Shown here one piece after another: positions 1-12,292 of a stretch of 64,000 nucleotides of DNA. Position 1 is the stretch's first letter. Each line of letters opens with the position of its first letter. The translations under genes were made by a program, and so were the position numbers. The stretch is from Gekko japonicus (Eukaryota), in the NCBI RefSeq assembly GCF_001447785.1, contig NW_015164186.1, positions 717,781 to 781,780 on the forward strand, given 5' to 3'. The notes under the pieces were generated by a model. It had not been told where the DNA came from, ran no database searches, and saw only the letters and a program-made list of their open reading frames with translations.

Positions 1-1579
1 CAGAGGCAGAGAGAAAATCCTAAAATTCAGTGAAAACCTCTCCCCTGGGCTTTCTCCAAGAAATGGAGGAGGCCCCTTGTGACTCTTGGATCAGCTCTCT
101 CTGGACTCCTGGATACATCTGTCTAAATTAGTCTGCAGATTAAAAAAACAAAAGGCAAAAAGCCCCACTGGATTCCCTTATGAAGCCTGCCATTCCTTCA
201 GAGCCTTATTTCTGTACAAGCTACGTAAGTGAAAATAAAAGATGCGGGAAGAAGCCCTGTCTGTGCATTAAAGAGAAAATATAATTTAAAAGGTGCCCAG
301 AAGCCCCCCTCAAAGCAACTGCTTTTCAAATAAACCTTTTCCTGAGCGCTTCATGCCATCCTTTTCTGGGACAAAAATATATTTAAGCTGCTCAGAACAT
401 AATGATCCGAAGTGATGGTTTCCCCCTGGGCCACGCAGCTGTCATTCCGCTCCCTGGCTGCGTCCGGGCAATTTGATGAATTTCTCCTCAGCAGGAGCAA
501 ATTTGGAGGAGAAAAAGAACTCCCAGTTCTGGCTACAAAGGAAAAGAGTTTATTTTTTGAAATGCTGAGCTTGCACTCACACTCTTGTGCGTGAATGTGG
601 AAGGCACACAACATTTTCCTTTGTGATGTGACGGCACACACACAGCCCTTGTCATGTTATACTTTTTTAAAACTTGGGGGGGGGGGCTCTAGTGATGCCT
701 ACGCTCCCTCCCCAAGATTCGCTACTTTTGGTCCTAGTATCAAATCCAGAAAATGTTCAAAAGTGTGTTGGTGAAGTTACAGGCACTTGCCAACAGGCCT
801 GAAGCACTTTCAGACTACTGCATCTTACCCAGTCCCCCCCCCCCGGAAACAAGTTAGAACTTGGCTAAGAAATTAAAGGCTTAAGAAGGATTCCAGCTGT
901 AAAGGGGACCTATGGGCTCAGAAGAGAAGGTCTGTTAACTTGTGGTTACACTGGACAGACTTGAGAAGCATATTCTTGGAAGTTCTTCTGAGTAAACTGG
1001 AAATACAGAGAACTATCTGAGAGCAAGAGAAGTCAAGTACGGTAAATTGCGGTCAGGAGAGCTGCGGTGTCTGTGAAGGTCTCTTTCCTTATCAATTATT
1101 TGGGCAGAGGGGTCGGCCTTATGTAAAGTAACAATCAGAATCCAATGCAGAAGAGGAACTGCTGACCTGAAGCAAGACACGAAGACAGAAGGTGGAACAG
1201 GAATTGCTGCAATTTGCTAAATCTTACTCAAGCCCTTTCCTCACCTGTCCACGTGAAAGCAAGTTTGTTTTGAACACATGTTGCTAGAACACATGCAGAG
1301 GCACGTGTTTCTGGAAGACAGTGCAACCAACCTTTTGACCCTTCTATTCAAAAGCAGCAAAAACAGTTTCTTTTCCTTTGGCTCACATTAGCTCAGAGCA
1401 TGCAGAGGCGAGAGCAACTTGGAGAGAAAACCATGTCCCCTTGAAATGGGGTCCCAGGGTTACTTCTAAGTTCTCCAGCATGGCAAGAGCAAAGCTAGGC
1501 AGGACTGTGGGCACCCCCTGCCTCCTCACCATCCCAGAGAAGATCCAATCAGATTTTGCTCTCTGCCACTGCAGTCAAA

Positions 1580-1912
1580 GGAGCTGGGGTGGCTTAAGTG
1601 GTTAAGATGCTGAACTGCAGGCTGTGGAAGGTCAGTAGTTCAGCAGTTCAAGACCCGAGTTGCCGCATGACGGAGTGAGCTCCCGTCTCTGGCCCCAGCT
1701 CCTGCCAACCTAGCAGTTCGAAAGCAAGAAATTGCAAGTAGATAAATAGGTACCGCTTCGGTGGGAAGGTGTTTAGTCATGCCGGCCACATGACCACGGA
1801 AACGTCTTCGGACAGCGCTGGCTCTTCGGCTTTGAAACGGAGATGAGCACCGCAACCCTAGAGTCGGACTCGACTGGCTTTTGAGCAAGAGAAACCTTTA
1901 CCTTTACCTTTT
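1580..1912 (+). mobile_element. Sauria SINE (internal ~23-bp deletion)
   Basis: tRNA-like head, (ACCTTT)n tail and TSD actgcagtcaaa (1568-1579, 1913-1924). Confidence 0.9.
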
Positions 1913-2024
1913 ACTGCAGTCAAACAGCTGGTCACTAAGTAGACTCTCAGAAGTACCATATGCACTGTGATTGCACTCGGTCCTGGTACCCTGTAAACAG
2001 CTTGCAGGAGTGGAGCGCAGTGTA

Positions 2025-3059
2025 CTAGGTTTTCAAAACATGTCGTCTGTCTTCACCCAGAGACAAAATCAGTTCTGCTAGAGAATTCTGGTCCATCTCA
2101 CTGGGGCCAACCAGCTGTGATTCCGCCCTTCGTGGTACAAAGGAAGATGAGCTAGTTCTTGAGACAGGGACCTTCTTGTCCCCCACTTCCTGCCTGTCTG
2201 GGGGTTTCTCAATAGGCTGAGTGATTGTCAGAAATTCCAGGGCGGTTGAGTTCACACTGGCCATTCAAAAGCCACGGTCCTTTCGCAAAGCCTGGCCTTC
2301 TGGTCATACTGTCTGTCTTCCTGACTGCCCAGCCCTTGGGGGAATGAGCTTGGATCTTGACACAGAAGGATTGATGAGCCTGGAGTCACAAGGGGAGGGC
2401 AGACCTGCCCCAGCCCCATGTCATCTGTAATCAAGGCCTTATTTGTCAGATAATGCAGAGGGCACTTAAATATAGCCCAGGTCAGAAATTAAAGGCATTT
2501 ACTGGGTCTAAATGTCATTCTTAGATCAGTCTGGTCAGGCCAGGACTGTCTGAGGAAAAACCCAAGATGGAGACACGGACGACAGCAACTTGGTGAGAAG
2601 AGCCATTGCAGGGGAGGGGGGGTGTCCTGTTTGCTCCCAGGGGCAAGCACTATCCGACCTACAACAGCCAGACCTGAAATGAGGCTATTTATAGGAATTG
2701 GTGCCCGCAGTTCTAGAAGCAGCCTGAAGTTTGCAGGCCCTCACAGCAGGACCCTGCCCAGCATCCTGCAAAGCCTCGCTTGGTCTTCTAATGCCCCTGT
2801 GGTCTGAACTGAGTTTCCACCTGAGCTTTCTACCTTCTCTGCTCCTGGAGTTCTGGCAGCAATTGTGGGGTCCTTGGTCATAGTCAAACCTCCTCTCCGG
2901 CCCTAGCTTCTGCTTATGGGCCTCCTGGGCTTCTGACCCCACAGCCATGGCTGGCCGCATGTTCCCTGACAGCCCTTGGGAGTCAGAGGGCCCAGTCTGC
3001 CTGGGTTTCAACCTCCGTGCTGTCAGCCATCATGGCACCCACGTCCTCCAAATGTGACA
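2025..3059 (-). mobile_element. Possible degenerate Gypsy remnant (LTR-like ~2445-3059 plus integrase-tail-like sequence)
   Basis: tgtca/tgaca-type ends and a minus-strand TATAAA near 2690. Peptide QEVGDKKVPVS...QLVGP resembles the Gypsy IN tail (QVGDKV.LS...FVGPF). No TSD found. Confidence 0.35.
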
Positions 3060-3230
3060 TCAGGTGAACTGGGGGAGATGGGGCTCAAAATCCAGGGAAC
3101 AAGAGTGGGAGAAAAGGCCCAAGTATCACTAGGAGCTTAGTTCTTTAGCACAGCACGGTGTGTCCTGGGTGGAAGTTTCCAGATCTGGTTTCAGAGGTCT
3201 AGAACACAACTGGAAGTGAGGGATCCTTAC

Positions 3231-3232
<2 letters not shown>

Positions 3233-3272
<40 letters not shown>

Positions 3273-3832
3273 CCTTTATTGGCATAACACAGCAGCAAAG
3301 AGAACAATGAAACAAATAGAAAATAAATAGCACGAAGTAATGGATCATAGCAATTTACACCATGCTACACCAACAAGGAATCGCTTTTATAAACTTCTCG
3401 GAAATAACAGACTCAGTTGAGAATATAGCAATTCAAAAAAATACAAGGGGGTTAAGGCTTGTACGCCCCTACCCTAAGCTTCCAGACACGGGCTAAGAAT
3501 TCGGCAACAGACAAAGTAATTGTCGGGGACTTATCAGACAATATAATTTTAAGATCATTGTCAGTCGGGTTCCTTGTGGTAGGTAAGTGGGGACTAATCA
3601 AATAGCTACGCATAGTAGAATATTGAGGACAACATAGAAGGATATGAGCAACTGAATCAGGTTCACTATAGAGACAATTGCAGGTTCTGTCCCTATAGGG
3701 GATGCCCCTATATCTGCCTAAAACAACAGCTGAGGGGAAAAGATTGAATCTCGCTAGCATAAAAACCCACCGATAAAGTGGGATTGTTAGATTAGAGATG
3801 TACAGAGCCATAGAGGCTGGGGGGGGGGGGAA
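3233..3832 (-). mobile_element. RTE-X-like LINE 3' fragment
   Basis: C-terminal CxC...HxxxxC motif (RTCNC...AHILLCC), aataaaggt followed by a (TC)n(TG)n tail, and 8-bp TSD ccttacca (3225-3232, 3833-3840). Confidence 0.75.
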
Positions 3833-5029
3833 CCTTACCAACCATCCTCCTGCTCCTCCACAATCTCACTCCTAAACAAGAGGCCATGAGAGAGACTGGG
3901 AGAGGGTTGGAAGAAGACTGAAGGGCAGGGATGGTGGGTTCCAGCAGCCAGCCAGCTACTCTTAGTCAGCTGGCTCCTGTGAGGAGAGAGGCCTGCTCGT
4001 GAGAAAAGCCTTTCTGGGAAGCAAGGCATAAGAGTCAGGAAGCAGATGCAGATAAGAAGCTGTAGGGACAAGGGGGGTGGAAGGAGGTCTGTGGTGCTCT
4101 GAAAAAGTGGGAACAAACAATACTCCACCATGAGTTTGGAAGGAGAAGCAGCAAGGGGTAAGGGAACTTCCTTCTCTCCATCTGAAGTTTGTCCTTCTCC
4201 CACAGAGGGATTTTGCTGGAGGGGGGAATAATATATATGAAAGATTTTGCCCAACAGCTCCCTGCTCCTGTAGGCTTAGCTTTACAGGTATACGTATGCC
4301 TATCCCATGCACTCAGCCTTAAATCCATCAGAACAGGAGGGGTGCGTGAACCATTTTTAGGAAAGAATATTAAATGATATACCCAAAAGGAGGTCAGGAA
4401 ACAAAAGCAAGAAAAGCAGGAGATAGGGCCTTGGGGTGGATTGGCCCTTTAACTTAAAGGGAACTTTCCTGGCTACAGATGGCCAGGAACAAGCTCAGCT
4501 GTGCCTCAGGGCTGTCCAGTTTTGACCTGACTAATGATTATGACAATGGATGTAGGTGACTTCATTCTGTAGCACTGTTGGCTGGGACTGCTTGTTCCTG
4601 GGGCAGGCAGGGAGGGAGGAATTGCGATTAAAGTAGATATCCCCCACCCTTATCACGGATGGCGGGGCAAGCAGCAGAGGGCTTTCCACTAAAGGAGGAA
4701 GGCAGAGACTGGATGTCAGGGAAAGCTTCAGGTAAACAAACCGGCTATAACCTCCCACCCCCGCCCAGAAAAGCTCGTCTCCAAGTGCTGGGGTGCAGCA
4801 AGTATTGTGTGCGAGAAAGGAGTGCCTGTGGTATCTCTGTACAAATGATAGTTTGTACAAACCTTAAGAGTAAAAAAAAAGATAGTTCATGGGGGTGGGG
4901 ACACATCTCAGAGTCTGAATTTCATTTCCTGGGGTTTGTGGGCTAGAAGTAACTGCAGGGTGCTTACACCAAAGTTTCAAGCTCTAACCGTTTCCAAGAA
5001 TTATTAAGAATTTACAGAATCCTTTTGAT

Positions 5030-5242
5030 GGTGGTGGGAAGTGCCATCAAGCTGCAAATGACTTAGGGAGACCCTGCGGAGTTTTCATGGCAAGAGATCT
5101 TCAGAGGTGGTTTTGCCATTGCCAACCTCTGCACAACAACCCCGGACTTTCTTGGTGGTCTCCCATCCAAGCACGAACTAGGGCTGATTCTTGCTTGGCT
5201 TCCCAGATCCGACAAGATCAGGCTGGCAGGACCATCCAGGTC
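5030..5242 (-). mobile_element. 5S rRNA-derived SINE
   Basis: Minus strand cctgatcttgtcggatctgggaagccaagc...cttggatgggagacc resembles 5S rRNA, followed by a non-5S body. Confidence 0.7.
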
Positions 5243-5559
5243 AAATCACAGAATACTTTTCGTTCATCCTAGTTCTGTCTTGCCTGTCAAGGAGCTCAGG
5301 GCAGTATACATAAATTCCCCCAGCAACCATGGGAGAGGTTATACCTAACCTATCACATTTTTACCCCACTCCAAAGGATTCAGGATCGCATAGAGTTTCC
5401 TCCTCCTCCTTCTTTTGTAGGCATTTGAACCCAACATATCTCCCTAGTCCAAGTCAGACGACTCTATCCATTTTAAGTGAATTATCTCCGATGTCTCACT
5501 CTCTACAACAGCCCTGTAAGTCAGATCGGCATTATACCTCAAACGTTACAAATCAGTGC

Positions 5560-6260
5560 TGCCGAAAGTGAGGGGGGGTGGGGGCTCCGCGGGGGCTCCC
5601 CGAAGGCCCGCCTCGTGCTTCCTTGCCAAAACAGAGATTTGAAACAGTGGCGTCCCGCCCACAACACGGAACCAATTCCAGACCCATCCGCAAATGTTCC
5701 CTCCAAGGGGAAGGCGCAGCGCTTCCTTTGCACACTGTTGTGGGCAGCGGTAATGTTGATGCTAGCGCGATGTTCCCGATTCCCAACACCCCTCCCTCCG
5801 CTGAAGACGCAGCCCTGCCTCCGCTTGTCTGACATCCTCGCACTTCCTACAACGCTGTGTAGCTCCTTCCTATTAGCGCGGCCGAGGCGGGCTAATTACT
5901 GTCAGAGGCTGGTACAGCCCAGCGGACACCACCCCCCACCCCCCACCCCGCTTGGTTGGAGCCGCGCGAAGCAAGCCCTTCATTGGCATTCCGGAGCAAG
6001 GCCTCCCGCCCTCCCGAGGGGGCTCGGCGCTCACTCGCCATTTATCAGAGACGTCGCACATGACAGGTAACCTACTTTCACGAGCCTGCTAGAATATTCA
6101 CAAGGCTGCGCTGTGTGCCGCACCGGCGTTCATCCCCATACAAATGAGCGCGCAGGCAACGCACGCCCAACAGATGCGGTGGACGTGCAAGCGCCCCACT
6201 TCGACGACGGAGCCGACACGTGGACGCAAACGCACAAGTGTGTACGCGCGTATTATTGCT
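5560..6260. promoter_or_regulatory. Intronic CpG-island-like region
   Basis: CG dinucleotides and GC content visibly elevated over the flanks (gcgcg, ggccgaggcggg, gacgtcgc). No recognisable TE termini. Confidence 0.45.
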
Positions 6261-9088
6261 CTCTCCTGTGGACTGTCCAACGTGGCAGAAATGCACACCT
6301 GGAGGGCCTGCTGCATCTTCCTTGGGCCAAGCAGTAGGGTAAGGGGAAAGTTCTCTCAGAAGTCCTTTAGGCATTGTAACTGTCCCCCCCCCCCTTTATC
6401 CCCAACCATTGAATACTAACCCCTCCCACTAGGAGCACATCACACCCTTTCTGTCACGAAACGGGTATAACGTGATAGTAAAAGGAGGGAGGTTCTGAGC
6501 ACATTTTCTCTCCACTTTGAGGGGTCTGCAAATTCTTCCCACAAACAGGGTCAAACCCCCCCCCCCCAATAACATGACTGTTCCCCCAATACAGTGAGGA
6601 TACCTTGAACCCACATCTCAGGGGCAGGATGTTGCTGGCACAAAATGAGGTACTGGGTTAGGTGGATTCTTAAAAGATGCCACAAATTTATGGAGGAGGG
6701 ATACATCCACAGCTATCAGCCATGAAAGCTAAAATGAACCTCCATGTACCGACACAGTATATCTGTGAATACAAACTGCTGAGATTATGCAAAACTGGCA
6801 CCTTCCATGCCTACTTGTATACATTCCTGAAGTATTTGGCCAGTCATGGTTGGAAACAGTATACTGGATTTAGTGGACATTGATAGCCAGCAAAGCTGTT
6901 CCCAGGATAATGTGATAACAGCCCAGACTGGAGAGGCTCTATTCAGGAGTGTCAAACATAAGGCCTGGTGGCTGGAATCGGCCCATCCAGGGTTCTTATG
7001 CAGCCTGCAAGCAACTAGTGCAAGGGAGACTGCTTGGGGGTGGGGGGCTTCAGCATGGTGGAACAACCTCATCTGCAGCAGTCAAGCTGCGTGGGAACAT
7101 CTGCTCAGTGCTGCACCACTGGCTCTCCAGTCCGCCCATACGGGTTTTCCTTTGCAAACACCCCCTCCCAGCCCATGGGGTCTTGCAGTGCGGATACACC
7201 AAGTTGGAGCTTACCAGCTGCTGTCCTTTAATATAGTTTATATCTCTGGTAGCTGGCATTACATTTTATGGCACACATGACCTGGCCCAACAAAGTGACA
7301 TTTATGTCAGATCCGGCCCTCATAACAAATGAGTCCGACACCTCTGCTCTACATTAACCCTCCATCTGCAACTGACCTAAAAATCTTTCTGGTTTTGTTG
7401 TGTAACAAGATCCTTGCAGTTTGCGTACAGTTACGATAACAGTTACACACAACATGTGAGCAAATATGGTACCACACACAACCATGCTTGCAAATGCTCA
7501 TGAGCCATCACAGGACACATGTGCATGCAGGCACTGCGCTTAAGAAGCAAGCTGTTCTTCATAATGAGTATTAAAATGTTAACAGGCACATTGCCTCCTC
7601 TGCCTGTGGAGAACATATTTTTTAAAAACCTTTGGATTTTCAGCATTTTTTCTCTGCTGCTTATATCATGATCTCAGAAACTGTCTGAAAGCACACCAAA
7701 GAGTACTGTTATCAAAGACTACTCTTATCATACAGAGTAAATTCATCTATGGAAAAATAAAACACATCTTCCAGTTTATTAATCTGTGGGTGAAGGGATG
7801 GGAAATCCCAACGGCTACTGCTAATGTGGAGTCCAAACTAACAGGTTTATTGATTTGAAAGTTAGCCTGAACTCCCATTTTCCTTCCCCTCATCCAAATC
7901 CACCCCATGTCTCTGCTGTCTCCCAGTTTTGCCAAGGCCTGATTAATCAGTGCTCACAATGTTAATCAGATCCAGGATCTGCGTCTTGATGCTACTCCGG
8001 CAAGACCGAGGACTGTTAATTATTAATCCCTATTATTAAATAATATGCCGACAGGGGCTATGAAGGCGAATGCAGCGGAAGCAAACCTCAGCTGTTTTTG
8101 CCAATTATCACAACGTTTGCAGATTGCGTTTCCAGCAACAAGCACAGTAATATTGAAATGGGAAGATCAGCTTTGTCCACAGACTGTTCAAATCACACAC
8201 AAAGCCAAGCTATATACTACTGTTCAAATCACACACAAAGCCAAGCTCTATGCTTGTGGGGAGCCAGTTCTGGTTGAGCAGAGTATGTGGAGCATTAAAG
8301 GTCTTGACTGTGTGAAAAGTGGTGTGATCCAGACAGTAGAGCACTTGGGTCTGGGAACTGAGATGCCAAGTTTAACTCCAAAATGGCCAGGGCTAACCCT
8401 GCTGTTCACTCTGCTTACCACAGTAACACTTTTTTTTTTTTTTTACCCTTTTTTTTTTTTGCAGATCAATGTATATGATGGGTCACTACCATATTTCCCT
8501 CCCCCCCGAATTTATAAAATCCTGGGTTTTACAGAGAGTGGGCCATATAAATGACAGGCAACTCAGACCTAGCAGGTAAACCTGCATCTGGGCTATACCA
8601 CTTGAGACTGCAGCTAGGGGTCACCTGATGGAATACACATCCGTACCCCAAAGCATTTTTACAAAAGATGTGTTCTGAAGTTCTGAGCCTCCCAGGTGCA
8701 CATAGGAAAAGGTTGTTTAAGGTCCCCACCTCCAAGCCACACTATCACCATACTCCTGACCTGAGATGGCCCTGGGGCTCTTTCACATCAGGAAAATGGG
8801 GTGGGGGAGTAAGCTTGAGCTGTGCATCATGGGCCCAATCCAAATCAGGCCTGTTGGATGCCTCCTCCAGCACACATCTTTGTAGCACAGAGAACTGTTT
8901 TCTAGGGAGGAATATTCAACCACATGAATCTCATCCGCAGTCTGGAGTGATACAGTCTAGACATGGGATGACACCTTTACTAGGATCCTGGCTTGCATCA
9001 CCTGCTATGCAGTATCCCTCCCCCCAGCAGCGGCTCCCTTGTGGTTGATGAGCTATTGTTGGTCCAACAGTTCATAGAGGGAACTCAC

Positions 9089-9244
9089 CTGAAAAAAAGA
9101 CTTTCCAGCTCATTCTGAGGCATCAGCCCAGCAGTGTCGAGGGCCAAAGCAGTCTTCAGGTGAGGAAGGGGACCAAAGATGCTTTCGCCGGGATGCACAG
9201 ATGGGATTGTGCCCTCGCTGATAGAGAACCGCTTCAGGAGAAAC
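9089..9244 (-). CDS. FAM178B: FAM178B-like coding exon (CANIN-domain region), phase 2-2
   Basis: Acceptor cttcctttctcag| and donor cag|gtgagt. Translates FLLKRFSISEGTIPSVHPGESIFGPLPHLKTALALDTAGLMPQNELESLFF, matching recalled human FAM178B [23 protein letters not shown]...LEGLFLS. Phase matches the upstream exon. Not in the supplied ORF track in this frame. Confidence 0.92.
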
Positions 9245-11997
9245 CTGAGAAAGGAAGGGAGGAGTCATGGAAAAGTGCTCTTGCAGAAGAGGATGGCAAC
9301 TGAGCAGTACACTGAAAGAGCAATCGTCAGTGGCCTTAGTTATCAACCAATGTTTTAGGGGACTGGCCCACAGGCTTGCCTGAGATTTTTGGTAGAACCT
9401 TTTTGAGCTATTTAAGTTTACTTCCACTAAAATTGCATCATTAAACTGGGGCATTGTGAAGAATTACTGACAAAATGGAAATAGGTATGAATAAAACATC
9501 TGATGCACTTAACTCATGTTCAAGGCATGTCCAGCATGTGTATGCTAAGCACGGACCCTCTCAATTCAGCTCTGACATTCAGTGCCAGTGTTATCACATT
9601 GGAGTTACTGAGTGGCTAAGACTGCAGATGGACGTGAGGCACAGTCTCTGACATCATGTGGCCCATTTATGAAAAAACATGGATGCTCCTGTTCTAGAGA
9701 ATGGGGAAGGGGTACCCTTAAATGTTTTCCAGGTGGCCTTCAGTGAGAAGATCAGCAACAGTGCCCCAGTTTCCTCTGAAAGACAGCTACCTTCTTATGC
9801 AATGAATGGCCAAAGGAGTGTGCCCGGTATACTCCAGGATGCAGTCTCAGGTCACAATAGAGAAATGCTGACTGATTCCCTCAAACAGCCCCCCCCCCTT
9901 TTCCTCTGCAGTGGAAGGTATGCACTTGTGTTTAATTGTGTTGTGTTTTGTGTTTAATTGGCTGGGTGTCTTGTGTTTAATTGGCTGGGTTCTCCAAAGT
10001 TAACCAACTCAAGGCACTTGCGAAGGAACTTGTTACTCAAAAGTGCAAGACACTGATTTAGATTGGAACCATGGTGTGGGGAAGCAGGAGATCCTGTTTC
10101 CCCCCTGCACCATTTTTCCAGACCAAAATGCCTTTGGGGGGGGGAGGAGGCTGCCCTGTGTAGACCATCAGTGTGTGTGTGTGTGAACCCCCCCCCCAAA
10201 TGGGGCATATAGGGAAGATGGTGCAGTAGGGGAGGCTGAAGCCCCTCCCCTTGGTGCTGTGCTCCTGATCTGAATCACGGCCTCGTCAAACACATTCCCT
10301 CACGCCTGACATGTGGCTGTCTGATGCAAAGTCAGGCTGGTGAAACCAGGCGCTACACGTTAAAAACCAAAACTTGTAATTTAGCTGTCAGATCATGATG
10401 GAACTCCTGCTTAACCCATAATCTGTATGAGTGAGTTTGGGCAAATCCTTCAACCTCCGTGCTCAAGCCAGAATTTTTCAAATAGGGACATGTAGATGGT
10501 AATTTTTGGCAGCTTTCCGGTGGGGGGGGGGTACTTTTTCCCCAAACGATGTTCTAGGGAACAGGGTGGTGCCACAAAAAGCAATTAGGCTGACTTTTGA
10601 GCAAGCATGGATAGGGCCATTCAAAGCACGCGGCAAATGAAGGGGGGGGCCCTTCCAAATCAGACCACCCCTTTTCTGTCAGGTTCACTTTTAAGTCCCA
10701 GTGTGCTGCAGCAGCGCTTCTGCAGCTGGCGCCCAAGAGCAGGAAGAGAAGATTAAGACACTGGATTGATTTCTCCTTTAATCTCTGATCCCAGCGGGGC
10801 TCTTGAACGCCCCTTATTGATTGCACGCACACACACACACAAAAGTGGTACAATGACCCACTGAGGGAGGGAATGTGTTTGACGAGGCCATGTTGCACCC
10901 TGGGATTTGAGCATGAGATTGGCCTTGCCTGGTGAGAGTTATGGGGCTCCATCCAGGGAGAATTCTTCTGTGTGGGCCTCATTGAAATGAGCTGTGCAAG
11001 AGCACCTCCCTTACAAATGGGGGGTATTTGCAGGAAAACTTCCTTCTGGATTGTGCCCTATATTGAATTATGGGAGAAGGGATGTGCAAAAGGAGTTTTC
11101 TGCCTCAGGCACCAAAATGTCTAGCTATCCCTGGGGGAAAGGGTCTGAGAGAGAGAGAGAAACTACACATTGCAGTGAGGGAGATGGGGGGAGCATGTGC
11201 CAAGCAGGTGGAGAAAGCAGGTAGGTGAGTTGCAAAACTTATGTGCAAGGCAGGCTCGCATTGGTTACCTTCCCCGAAAGAATGCTGACAGAGCCTGCAA
11301 AAATGTGCTATCTGAAGTGAGCGTCACCAGCTGATCCCACATGGATGTATTTACTCCCTCCGGCTTCCTTACAGCAGCCCTGTTTTCAGGAGTGTCCTGT
11401 ATTCATCCTGCTTCTGTTTCCTCCTGCTTTGTTGCAGTCTTTTCCAAACTTTTCTTGATATAATCTTTTTTGGACAAAACTGCAGTCAAACTGTCTTTTG
11501 GACACCATGTGGATGGGAAGATGTGCATTTTTCAGGTCCTGCCCACCAGGGGGGTCCCTTCCTTCCATGGCCCACTAGATGGCTCTTCTGGTAGCCACGG
11601 AAAGCTGAGGCAAGGAAAGTGTGGGGGAAACTGCTGTGGAGATGCTCTGTTGCCACTGTGAATGCCTCTGCATTCCCAGCACCAGTGAGAACAGCACAGA
11701 GAATCATCTCCATGTGTAAGCAGCCCCCATGCCCAAAACTAACATTCCCCTTAGGATAATGCACTGGCACGCCAGCAAAAGGATGGGCAGAATCCCTTTT
11801 CTCTTCCTGGGGCCACAGTCTTAGAAATTGTTCTCAGGAATACAGCCAAATTAAAGGCACGTTTTTAAGAAGCAATGGGGGCTACCCCAAAAAAACAGCA
11901 GCTCCACAATGAATTTTTCTACCTCCCCTCCCAGCTATGTATAGTATGACTTGTATCCTGTCTTCAGATGTCATTATGACTTTTCTTGATCCTATCA

Positions 11998-12292
11998 GAT
12001 TCAGAAACCTTTAATGACATAAAATGTAATAAAATTCAGAATAATCTTACATAAATAAAATAGGAATAGTACAGTCCAGATGGGGCAATAAAACAGTGTC
12101 AGGAATAAAAACACAGAAGAGCAAAATTAATCAAGCATTCTCTGCCTTGGCCTTAGAAACATAGTTACCCCTTATTGAAAACACAATAGCCAAATATTCA
12201 GCCACAAGTTCTGTCAGTTTGATGGATTTATCAGCAAGTAAATATTGAGTAATTCTCTCTGGGGGGGCCAGAGAGGTTGGAAATAACAGGGC
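11998..12292 (-). mobile_element. RTE-X-like LINE 3' fragment
   Basis: YLLADKS...VAEYL C-terminus similar to the 3.5-kb copy, attaaaggt plus tctgaatc tail, and 10-bp TSD gatcctatca (11988-11997, 12293-12302). Confidence 0.7.

Noticed and set aside
351-641. Minus-strand ORF with an acceptor-like site near 534 (VAQGETIT resembling VHPGETVF)
   Set aside because: The real HPGE exon is at 9089-9244. In the required phase 2 this segment gives no FAM178B similarity and stops early.
1640-1888. Recurring ORF MLESQSNPTLGLRCSSPFQ... (also at 14666, 41151, 53845)
   Set aside because: Antisense reading of Sauria SINEs, not a gene family.
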